A stretch of DNA of 37,941 bases. It comes from a bacterium. Lineage in GTDB: Bacteria; SZUA-182; DTGQ01; JAFGSM01. The position numbers and the translations under genes were made by a program. How positions within the stretch are numbered: the first letter of the stretch is position 1; every line of letters starts with the position of its first letter. This document shows, one piece after another, positions 9,756-17,883 of this stretch. The notes under the pieces were generated by a model that did not search any database, had not been told where the DNA came from, and worked only from the letters and a program-made list of their open reading frames with translations. The stretch is from contig JBLIRN010000007.1 in assembly GCA_049472315.1 (NCBI GenBank), positions 1 to 37,941 on the forward strand, given 5' to 3'.

Positions 9756-10592
9756 ATGTACAATGAAAAGCTTTTTGGGTTGGCAATGATCATATACGTT
9801 GTATCCTCGCTCCTCTATATCATCAACCTGGTGATCAACCGGCAGGAGCAAATCGCCCGCGCGGCATTCTGGACGGCATTCGGCGGCCTGGTGTTCCACA
9901 GCCTTGCCCTCATCCTGAGAACCGTGCACTCGTACCGGTTGGGCATCGGCCAGCCTCCCTTTACCAATCTCTACTCATCAATGGTCTTTTTCTCATGGTC
10001 CACCGTGTTTATCTACCTGATCTTCGAGAAAAAATACGGCTACCGGTCAGTCGGCGCATTTGTCATGCCCATTTCCTTCCTCATCCTTGCATCCACCGGA
10101 CTGATGTCCAACAGGATCGAACCCCTGGTCCCCGCACTCCAGAGCAACTGGCTCCTCGTTCACGTGGTGACCTGCTTTTTCGGGTATGCCGCCTTTGCCG
10201 TGGCCTTCGGTATCAGCATCATGTATCTTTTTAAGGAGTACTACGAAACGATCGGGACTCAAAAGGGCCTCATCGGCCTCCTTCCCTCTTCATCCGTACT
10301 GGACGACCTCGAATACAAGGCAGTGGCAGTGGGCTTTCCCTTTTTGACCCTGGGCATCATCACGGGCGCCGCCTGGGCCCACTATGCGTGGGGCAGCTAC
10401 TGGAGCTGGGACCCCAAGGAGACCTGGTCACTCATCACCTGGTTCGTATATGCCGCCTTCCTGCATGCCCGGTTCACTGCCGGATGGCGGGGGAAGAGGA
10501 CGGCGATCTTGTCAATTCTTGGTTTTCTGTTTGTGCTGATGACCTATTTTGGTGTGAGCTTCTTGTTGGGCGGATTGCATAGTTACGCATGA
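9756..10592 (+). CDS. ccsA: Cytochrome c biogenesis protein CcsA/ResC (System II heme lyase subunit)
   Basis: WWD domain AWGSYWSWDPKETWS, PALQSNWLLVHV, FLHAR and C-terminal GLHSYA. Multiple TM helices. Confidence 0.96.
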   Translation: MYNEKLFGLAMIIYVVSSLLYIINLVINRQEQIARAAFWTAFGGLVFHSLALILRTVHSYRLGIGQPPFTNLYSSMVFFSWSTVFIYLIFEKKYGYRSVGAFVMPISFLILASTGLMSNRIEPLVPALQSNWLLVHVVTCFFGYAAFAVAFGISIMYLFKEYYETIGTQKGLIGLLPSSSVLDDLEYKAVAVGFPFLTLGIITGAAWAHYAWGSYWSWDPKETWSLITWFVYAAFLHARFTAGWRGKRTAILSILGFLFVLMTYFGVSFLLGGLHSYA

Positions 10593-10599
10593 AATCGTG

Positions 10600-12405
10600 A
10601 TGATTCGAGGCTGCGGCATTTCGGATATAATTTGTTCGCTCGTGTTCTGCCTTTTTCTCGTCCTGGTACCTCTGCCGGGTGAATCCGCAACCGTCACCAC
10701 CACCATCGACGCCAAATACACCCGCACTGATGCAACCGATTCACAAAACCAGGGGCAGGATACCCTGACCCACGAATACAATCCCCGGCTTTCCGTCAAA
10801 TACGCCCATCCGCTCACCGAATGGACCGATCTGAGCGGGGAGGTAAAATTCGACTACAAGAAGGAGGACAATCGTTCGATAGGAAACGAGGACACGGAGA
10901 CCAGGGAGCCCCAGATCGAATTGAGGCTCAAATCGCTTATCTACGACATCAAGACCGGATTCAAGGAGACCTGGCACCAGAACAAGCCCACCGAAAACCG
11001 TGCATTCGGACACCTTCTGGTCCAGCCTTCGGAGCTTCCCGAATTGCGGCTGGATTATGATCACGACGAAACCAAGGGCCAGTTCAAACGGGACAAGGTC
11101 GCCGTGGGCGCCATCTATAAGCCTTCCAGGGTCTTGCGGGTCAAGGTTGACCTGAAACACGAATATACGAACAACGAAGAGAGAGCGGATGTGGAGGATG
11201 TGAACCTCAGCGGCGAGATCAAGCTCAATCACACCTTCTCCACCACCCGGCCGTTCAAGATGGAGATTTCCTATAAGGCGGAAAGCCTCTATCAGGAGGA
11301 AAAGGACACCCAATCCGGGGTTAAACAGGATGAATTCCTCCAGACATTACGAGGCAAGCTGAGTTACAAACCCACCCACAAGACGGACATGAGCCTGGAA
11401 TACGAGAACAAGCAAAAGGATGACCAGGAGGGATTCCAGGACAATACGGACCGGGACATCCAATTCGATCTCAGCCAGAGGATGACGGACTGGCTTTCGG
11501 TTTCCGGGCGGGTGCGCAAGGAGTCCGAGGAGGAACAGCAGGACGCCGGCGTCAACACAGTCGACACGGACAAGCTCACCCTCCAGGGACAGCTCAGGGC
11601 AACGCCGACTGAGTGGTTCCAGTTTACCTTCAAGGTCATCGATGAGGCCCTCGAGGAATTCGACCCTAACAGGCCGCTCGAAAAGAAGGACAAGAGGATC
11701 ATGGAGGCCTCCCTTCGGTCGGACTTTCCAAATTTTCTTCGCAGCTATCAGACGCTGGACTTCAAGACGGTGGATGAGGACAAGCAGGATACGCAATTTT
11801 CCGAGGAGGAGCGCTTCATGTGGAAGTGGGACCTCAATCCCCTCGAAAACCTCTCCCTCAAACCCGAATACATCCATGCGGTCACATCCACAATGGATCC
11901 CAATCGTGAAAGCTTTCCGGAGGTCACCGATGAATACAAGATGGGCCTGGGATACAAGCTGGGCATATACGATGTGTGGACCATTGACCTCTCCCACGTC
12001 ATGAGCAGGAAGCATATCGAGACCCGGAGAACCGGTTCATTGGTCTCCACCAGTCGCAACGAGTACAACGACGACAGCACCCTCGAGGTCGACTACCAGC
12101 CATTCGCATCCCTGTTCGTCACCTCCCAGATCACCAGAAAGGATTACCGGATCGAGGGGGAGCTGCCGAGCGAGGAGATGTCCTATTCCCTCAAGTTCGA
12201 CTGGTCTGCGGCCCCGTATACATGGAGCACCAGTTACAAGTACGACGACAAGGAACAGGCAAACGATACGGAGACCTTCGAATCCAAGATATTGTTCGAT
12301 TTTTCCGATTATATCCTTGAAGGAGAATACAAATTTACACAGACCTTCATAGTTCCAAGGGACAGGGAAGCGATCATCACCCTTCGTGTAAAGGCGATGT
12401 TTTAG
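10600..12405 (+). CDS. Hypothetical exported protein, predicted large outer-membrane beta-barrel
   Basis: Signal-peptide-like N-terminus ending ..PGESA. Body made of repeated alternating-hydrophobic strands (LSGEVKFDYK, IELRLKS, LRLDYDHD, YSLKFDW, LEGEYKFTQ) with acidic loops. Terminal ITLRVKAMF ends in Phe. No CxxCH. Confidence 0.72.
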   Translation: MIRGCGISDIICSLVFCLFLVLVPLPGESATVTTTIDAKYTRTDATDSQNQGQDTLTHEYNPRLSVKYAHPLTEWTDLSGEVKFDYKKEDNRSIGNEDTETREPQIELRLKSLIYDIKTGFKETWHQNKPTENRAFGHLLVQPSELPELRLDYDHDETKGQFKRDKVAVGAIYKPSRVLRVKVDLKHEYTNNEERADVEDVNLSGEIKLNHTFSTTRPFKMEISYKAESLYQEEKDTQSGVKQDEFLQTLRGKLSYKPTHKTDMSLEYENKQKDDQEGFQDNTDRDIQFDLSQRMTDWLSVSGRVRKESEEEQQDAGVNTVDTDKLTLQGQLRATPTEWFQFTFKVIDEALEEFDPNRPLEKKDKRIMEASLRSDFPNFLRSYQTLDFKTVDEDKQDTQFSEEERFMWKWDLNPLENLSLKPEYIHAVTSTMDPNRESFPEVTDEYKMGLGYKLGIYDVWTIDLSHVMSRKHIETRRTGSLVSTSRNEYNDDSTLEVDYQPFASLFVTSQITRKDYRIEGELPSEEMSYSLKFDWSAAPYTWSTSYKYDDKEQANDTETFESKILFDFSDYILEGEYKFTQTFIVPRDREAIITLRVKAMF

Positions 12406-12438
12406 CCGTTGGGGCAAGGGCGCTGGCCTTTGATAATC

Positions 12439-12468
12439 TTGACATTCGAAGGAATCAGGTGATAGAAT
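12439..12468 (+). promoter_or_regulatory. Candidate sigma70 promoter for the lipoprotein-NHL pair
   Basis: TTGACA (12439-12444), 18-bp spacer, extended -10 TGa-TAGAAT (12463-12468). Confidence 0.6.
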
Positions 12469-12547
12469 CGACCCTGCCTGATGAGGAAATACTTTCATAT
12501 TCAAGATATTTACAACCATGGGTTGTAGTAATGAGGAGGATGAGAGG

Positions 12548-13279
12548 ATGGGAAATCCCAGAAGATGTCTGATTGCTGTTGTGCTCGCCGTTACTGCACT
12601 GAGCCTGTGTTTATGTACCGGATGCGGAACCACGAACAGGATTGCATTTTTTTCAAAACCCGTGATTGCCCCTCAGTTTGTCTCATACAGCCCGTGGAAT
12701 CCCAATCGCACCGCGTGTGTCCTCCCCTTTGAAAACCTGAGCAAGGATACGGATGCGGATATAAAGGTGCGGGAGGTCTTTGCCACCGCGCTGTTCCAGG
12801 CCCATATATTCAAGGATCTGGTGGATGTCGTTGAGGCGAACGCCGCACTGATGAGCCTCAGGATCAGGAAGCCGAACTCCATGGACAAGGAGACGATCCG
12901 GGCGATCGGGGAGCGACTGGGTGTGAATTACCTCATCCTGGGGGTCATCACTGAATACGGATACGGCAAGGGAAAGGAATCGGGAGCGGAAGTAGGCCTG
13001 AGCGTGAGGATGATCGATGCGGAGAACGGAAATATCCTGTGGAGTGCAAACAACTTCAAGACGGGATCCAATTCGGTGAGCCGTATCCTGGGAATAAGCG
13101 AGGGTCCCACCCCCATGGAGCTGACCCGTCAAATCTGTGACGAGATCGTCGGCGCCCTCTACCTGCAAATCGACCAACAGCAGCGGGCACGCGAGGATGC
13201 GGAAAAGGGGCGCGGCGGATTGATGGGCATATTCGGCGGCTCCGAAAAGCAATCCGAAAAGATTGAATATCGTCGTTAA
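12548..13279 (+). CDS. Lipoprotein of CsgG/PelC/GNA1162-like (TolB-N-like) fold
   Basis: Lipobox-like LCTG-C after a basic and hydrophobic leader. Family-type pattern ACVLPFENLS, IGERLGVNYLILGVITEY, VGLSVRMIDAENGNILWS. ATG 12548 has a GAGG-rich RBS. Confidence 0.78.
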   Translation: MGNPRRCLIAVVLAVTALSLCLCTGCGTTNRIAFFSKPVIAPQFVSYSPWNPNRTACVLPFENLSKDTDADIKVREVFATALFQAHIFKDLVDVVEANAALMSLRIRKPNSMDKETIRAIGERLGVNYLILGVITEYGYGKGKESGAEVGLSVRMIDAENGNILWSANNFKTGSNSVSRILGISEGPTPMELTRQICDEIVGALYLQIDQQQRAREDAEKGRGGLMGIFGGSEKQSEKIEYRR

Positions 13280-13282
13280 CCA

Positions 13283-14563
13283 ATGAACCGACCATGGCGT
13301 GATACCTTTATACCCCTTTTTATAGTGTGTGTGGTATCCCTTGCGCTGATCGGTCTCGTTCTCCCTCCCGGCCGGGTGGTCACTGCGCAAACCGTGCACG
13401 AAGACGCAAGGCCTGGCGAGGATGCATCGCCGGTCGAGGATGCATTGCCTATTGAGGATGCCGCATTCGAGCCCGCACCGGAGTCCCTGCCTCAGCAGGC
13501 CATCTCTCCTCCATGTGATGCCAACCGGATCGAATCGATAGCGAATCCAAACCAACCGGAGGGGGCCGCGCCAACACCTCCCCCGCAGATCCCGAAACCC
13601 CTCGGGTATTACGAGTACCGGTTCGACAAAAGTTTCGGAGGCTATGGCCTCGGCCACGGCTATTTTCAGTCACCGGTGGACATCGGGGTGGACGACGAGG
13701 ACAACATATACGTGTGTGACAAGGAGGGGGAGAGGATCCAGAGATTCAATGCGGAGGGGTACTTCCGGGAGGAATGGGAGAGGATATCGATCGATCTGTC
13801 CGACTTTAACCAGTCCAATAACATGAATGAGCCTCAAGCCCTGCATGTGGATTACAAGGAAAGTGTGGGTATGACATTTATTTATGTGTCGGATACCAAA
13901 AATAACCGTATCCTGCAATTCAATAAGGATGGGATGCTCATCAAACCGGATGGCGAGGAGATCGATGAAATTCAAGAATGGAGCGCGATGATTAATGCCG
14001 AACTCTTGTGGGGTGGGTTCGGCTCCGGTCCGGGGCAATTTCATCATCCCACCGATGTCACCGTTGATCGCTACGACAATGTCTATGTCCTTGACTCCAT
14101 GAATTCACGGGTGCAATGCTTCGACGAGGAGGGGAAATTCAAATCCGAATTCGGCGGATTCGGCTCCGGTCGCGGGAGCTTCCTCAAACCCACCAGAATC
14201 GCCTATGATCCGAGCAGATTCGGGGCACTCTGGGTGATCGACGGCAAAAACGGAAAACTGCACAAGTTCGACCTGGACGGAGACTTCGTTAGGGCCTACC
14301 AGCCAAGGGACAACCAGGGCACCCCCCTCCCCACCCCTGCGGATCTGTGCCTCGACACCCAGGGATTCCTCTATGTGACCGATTCCTCCTTGAACCGGGT
14401 GTTCAAATACAACAGCGATGTGGAATTCATCCAGTGCTGGGGAGGAGAAGGAAGCGAGGCCGGCCAGTTCAAGGCCCCGAAGGGCATCGCAGTGGACAGC
14501 GAGGACCGCGTGCTGGTCGTTGATTCCGGCAACTATCGCGTTCAGATCTTCCGTCAGTTCTAA
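13283..14563 (+). CDS. NHL-repeat (6-bladed beta-propeller) exported or membrane-anchored protein
   Basis: N-terminal hydrophobic segment, Pro/Glu-rich linker, then about six NHL blades (FQSPVDIGVD..IYVCD, IYVSDTKNNRI, FHHPTDVTVD..VYVLD, FLKPTRIAYD, LYVTDSSLNRV, FKAPKGIAVD..VVDSGNYRVQIF). Confidence 0.92.
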   Translation: MNRPWRDTFIPLFIVCVVSLALIGLVLPPGRVVTAQTVHEDARPGEDASPVEDALPIEDAAFEPAPESLPQQAISPPCDANRIESIANPNQPEGAAPTPPPQIPKPLGYYEYRFDKSFGGYGLGHGYFQSPVDIGVDDEDNIYVCDKEGERIQRFNAEGYFREEWERISIDLSDFNQSNNMNEPQALHVDYKESVGMTFIYVSDTKNNRILQFNKDGMLIKPDGEEIDEIQEWSAMINAELLWGGFGSGPGQFHHPTDVTVDRYDNVYVLDSMNSRVQCFDEEGKFKSEFGGFGSGRGSFLKPTRIAYDPSRFGALWVIDGKNGKLHKFDLDGDFVRAYQPRDNQGTPLPTPADLCLDTQGFLYVTDSSLNRVFKYNSDVEFIQCWGGEGSEAGQFKAPKGIAVDSEDRVLVVDSGNYRVQIFRQF

Positions 14564-14578
14564 GACTCTGCCCTCTTT

Positions 14579-14866
14579 TTATTCCTTTCCCTCGAGTCCT
14601 ATGGAGAACATGCTCTCAAGGTCATGTCGGGAATAGACCCGGAACGCAATGAGGGTCTCCGATTTGATGATCCCCTTCACCTTCAGCATGTGATTGGTCA
14701 CCACTTCTGCAAGCTTTTCATTGTTGGCAACCCGTATAACGGCGACAAGATCGTACCTGCCCGCCACCGAGTAGACCTCCGACACCTCCTCCATGGCCGC
14801 CAGTCTGTCGGCGATCTCGTTGACCTTGTCCCTCTGTACCTCTAAAAGAACCAGTGCAGTTACCAT
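14579..14866 (-). CDS. Stand-alone Lrp/AsnC ligand-binding (RAM) domain protein
   Basis: 95 aa, MVTALVLL..VSEVYSVAGRYDLVAVIRV..SETLIAFRVYSRHDLE. No HTH. GAGGAGG RBS before ATG 14866. Confidence 0.88.
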   Translation of the reverse strand: MVTALVLLEVQRDKVNEIADRLAAMEEVSEVYSVAGRYDLVAVIRVANNEKLAEVVTNHMLKVKGIIKSETLIAFRVYSRHDLESMFSIGLEGKE

Positions 14867-14945
14867 ACCCGTCCTCCTCTCAAACCGATTTTTGGATATA
14901 ACCGGCCTTAGAAACACAATCTCTTGTAATAAACCCCGCACAAAA

Positions 14946-15176
14946 TGGGGTCAGGTCTTGAATTGACAGTTTTTTGAATAAACGCCTATTCCACCTCGTG
15001 CCATCACGAAGGATGAAAATCTATTTTCAAGACAAACACTCATGCCACCTTGTGGCACCACGAAGCATGTAAATATTATTCTATTTTCGGAGCAAACCCT
15101 CATGCCCTTTCAGGGCGCCACGAAGCATGTAAATCTATTTTCGAGACAAAAACTGATAATTCAAGACCTGACCCCA
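14946..15176. mobile_element. Non-autonomous MITE/REP-like element bounded by inverted repeats
   Basis: TGGGGTCAGGTCTTGAATT (14946-14964) is the exact reverse complement of 15158-15176. The match extends to about 29 bp with two mismatches. No coding capacity and no clear target-site duplication. Confidence 0.75.
15005..15150 (+). repeat. About 2.5 tandem copies of a 54-60 bp unit with internal hairpin
   Basis: Units start CACGAAG(G/C)ATG(A/T)AAAT at 15005, 15059 and 15119, then continue CTATTTTC....CAAA. Hairpins TGCCAC-ctt-GTGGCA and GCCCT-ttc-AGGGC sit at equivalent positions. Confidence 0.85.
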
Positions 15177-16883
15177 AACGTCGAGGGTGCGTATCCGATT
15201 CAGGGCCGCAGCCAATTCGAATTTCCTGAACATGGCATAATCCCCTACAGGCCGTGTATTCAATACATCAAGCCCGCCACGCTCGATGTCGTCCATCACC
15301 GCATCGAGGATCTCCCGTATGGTCGCCCGGCCGTCCATGGAGTGTTCCCGGGCATACAGGAGGGCATCTCCCAGTGCCCTGGTCTGGCTGAAATCGGTGA
15401 GTTGTTCAACGGCGCCCAGATCGATGGTTTCCTCGCCGAACTGCACGAGCCGCAGCCCCCGTGTCTTGATGTCCACCTCCCGTCTGCCCCTGCTCGGATC
15501 GATGCTGCTACTGAGGGGAATCCGCGGGGTAAGGGGCCCAAATCCGGTCCCTCCCTCCGGCCTCCGCTCCGCCCTGTATTTTTCAGCAATCGCCCGCGCC
15601 CTTTCAGTGGCGTCATGAGGCAGGTAATCCTCCAGCGCGATCACCGTGTCCGCAACGTCGAAATAATCCCCGCTCCCCCCGATCACCAAAATGGTGGAGA
15701 CCCCGAGATCCTGATAGAGCTGCCGCACCTTGTCGATGAAGGGGGTGATGGGCTCCTTTCCCTTGTCCACCAACTCCTGCATGCGGTGATCCCGGATCAT
15801 GAAATTGGTGGCCGCGGTATCCTCGTCCAGCATGAGCACAGTGGCCCCTACCTCAAGGGCCTCTATGATGTTGGCGGCCTGGGAGGTGGAACCGGAGGCG
15901 TTCTCCGTGCAAAAAAAGGCGGTGTCCTGGCCAAAGGGAAGGTTTCCTATGAACGGGGAGATATTCACCCCCCATACCCTGCGGCCATCCTCCGCCCTGA
16001 TCTTGACTGCACCCGAATCGGTTACGACACATTCGCGCCCGTCCCCCGGCTTGTGATTATAGATACCCAATTCGAGGGCATTCAACAGGGTGGATTTCCC
16101 GTGGAAACCGCCTCCCACGATAAGGGTAACACCACGGGGGATCCCCAGCCCGGTAATAGGGCCACGATTGGGAAGCCTGAACGTGTGCCTCAAAGACTCC
16201 GGGGAACGAAACGGGATGACCGTTCCCGAGCACAGCGGACGATCATCCACCCCTGAGCACCGGGGAAGGATGCTCCCATCGGCGACGAATCCCACCAGCC
16301 CTTGCTCCCTCAAGGCATGACGCAGATACTCCGCATCCTCGTTGGTTCGGATATACCGTTCGATCCGCTCCCTGTCGTTCACCGTATAGAGAAGGCTCTC
16401 CGAGACAATGGCGGGCACATGTCGGCAGAGCATCTCAATGGCCTCCCTCCCCTTGACCCTGCGCCCGTCTGCCGGCAATCCCACCACAAACCGCGCCTCC
16501 ACATGCGCAGGGCAGATACCCATGGCGGTGCGTTCGAGTATTTCCTGACCGGGTGTGTCGATCCGGATAAGACCGCTTTTGCCCGATCCCCTCCGTGCAG
16601 ACACCTGATGAGCCTTGCGGGCGAATTCCTCGGTGAGATAGGTGCACAGGGCCACCGCCCTCGCCTTAGGGGTAAAGGTCTCCACAGGGTAACCGGACCG
16701 GTCCTGCGGCACCCTCACCCGAAAGCGGCTTGGCGCTGCAAAGGGATCGCCCTGAACGTGATCGATGAACAGGGTAAAGCCGGGGAAGGAATAGGTGCCG
16801 CGGATCTCTTTATAGGCCTTGTACCCACGGCCGTCGATTCTCGATAGTATCCGTCTGAGATCCTCGTTGGTCGGATAATTCAT
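15135..16883 (-). CDS. ABC-ATPase domain-containing protein (soluble P-loop ATPase, ABC_ATPase family)
   Basis: IDGRGYKAYK, DHVQGDPFAAPS, Walker A GGGFHGKST, IRAEDGR, ASGSTSQAA, Walker B LMLDEDTAATNFMIRD and GGSGDYFD. Confidence 0.9.
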   Translation of the reverse strand: MNYPTNEDLRRILSRIDGRGYKAYKEIRGTYSFPGFTLFIDHVQGDPFAAPSRFRVRVPQDRSGYPVETFTPKARAVALCTYLTEEFARKAHQVSARRGSGKSGLIRIDTPGQEILERTAMGICPAHVEARFVVGLPADGRRVKGREAIEMLCRHVPAIVSESLLYTVNDRERIERYIRTNEDAEYLRHALREQGLVGFVADGSILPRCSGVDDRPLCSGTVIPFRSPESLRHTFRLPNRGPITGLGIPRGVTLIVGGGFHGKSTLLNALELGIYNHKPGDGRECVVTDSGAVKIRAEDGRRVWGVNISPFIGNLPFGQDTAFFCTENASGSTSQAANIIEALEVGATVLMLDEDTAATNFMIRDHRMQELVDKGKEPITPFIDKVRQLYQDLGVSTILVIGGSGDYFDVADTVIALEDYLPHDATERARAIAEKYRAERRPEGGTGFGPLTPRIPLSSSIDPSRGRREVDIKTRGLRLVQFGEETIDLGAVEQLTDFSQTRALGDALLYAREHSMDGRATIREILDAVMDDIERGGLDVLNTRPVGDYAMFRKFELAAALNRIRTLDVWGQVLNYQFLSRK

Positions 16884-16901
16884 GAGCAGCAACAGGGAGG
16901 C

Positions 16902-17861
16902 TCATGCCTCCCGGTACACCCCTATGCTTCGGTATTTTTCGAACCGTTTGGCAAGCAGCTCATCGAGGGGAACCGCCATCAACTCCCGCAGATGGCGTCG
17001 GAGCGCCCTGCGGATGATATTGGCGGCCCGGGTATAGTCCCGGTGGGCACCGCCCAGGGGCTCTTTTATAATTTCATCTATTATATTGAGTTTAAGCAAA
17101 TTTTCACCGGTCATTTTAAGCGATTCAGCAACATCTGAAGCCTTATCCCTGTTTTTCCAGAGTATTGCCGCACATGCCTCCGGAGAGATGACGGAATAGA
17201 TGCTGTTTTCGAGCATCAATATCCGGTCCGCCACTCCGATGCCGAGGGCACCCCCGCTTCCCCCTTCACCGATGACCAGGGAGATGATAGGGGTCTTCAA
17301 CCGGGACATCTCGTACAGGTTACGCGCGATCGCCTCCGCCTGTCCCCGCTCCTCCGCACCGATCCCCGGGTATGCGCCCGGGGTATCGATCAGGGTCACC
17401 ACGGGATACCCGAATTTCTGTGCCAGCAGCATTGCCCGCAGGGCCTTACGGTAGCCCTCGGGATTGGGCATGCCGAAGTTGCGATAGATGTTCTCCTTGG
17501 TGCCCCTCCCCTTCTGCTGGCCGATAATAACCACGGATTTCCCTTCCAGCCGGGCGAGGCAGGTGACTGTGGCGTGATCGTCCGCAAAGCGCCGGTCTCC
17601 ATGGATCTCGACGAAGGACTCGCACATGAGGTTCATGTAGTCAAGACTGTAGGGACGGTCCGGATGGCGGGCCAACTGGGTCCTCTGCCATGGGGTGAGT
17701 TTTGCGTATACCTCCTGATACACCTTGACCCGCTTGCGCCTGAGATCCCTGAGTTCCATCTTTATCTGGGGATTCCATTCGGTGATGCGCTTCTCGGTCT
17801 CCAGAATGAGCTCGTCGAGCTCCACGAATGACCTCTCAAAATCGAGTACTGTGTTGGCCAT
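16902..17861 (-). CDS. accA: Acetyl-CoA carboxylase carboxyltransferase alpha subunit
   Basis: LARHPDRP, HGDRRFADD, RNFGMPNPEGYRKA, DTPGAYPGIGAEERGQ, GEGGSGGA and EPLGGAHRD. Confidence 0.98.
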   Translation of the reverse strand: MANTVLDFERSFVELDELILETEKRITEWNPQIKMELRDLRRKRVKVYQEVYAKLTPWQRTQLARHPDRPYSLDYMNLMCESFVEIHGDRRFADDHATVTCLARLEGKSVVIIGQQKGRGTKENIYRNFGMPNPEGYRKALRAMLLAQKFGYPVVTLIDTPGAYPGIGAEERGQAEAIARNLYEMSRLKTPIISLVIGEGGSGGALGIGVADRILMLENSIYSVISPEACAAILWKNRDKASDVAESLKMTGENLLKLNIIDEIIKEPLGGAHRDYTRAANIIRRALRRHLRELMAVPLDELLAKRFEKYRSIGVYREA

Positions 17862-17883
17862 GGCTTACCAATCCTTCCCTTTT

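Noticed and set aside
15005..15150. Possible mini-CRISPR array
   Set aside because: The would-be spacers resemble each other, the repeats are imperfect, the block is enclosed by inverted repeats, and no cas genes are present.
15042..16256. 404-aa plus-strand ORF starting inside the repeat element (possible transposase)
   Set aside because: Its N-terminus is just the translated tandem repeat and the rest is antisense to the ABC-ATPase gene. No transposase motifs.
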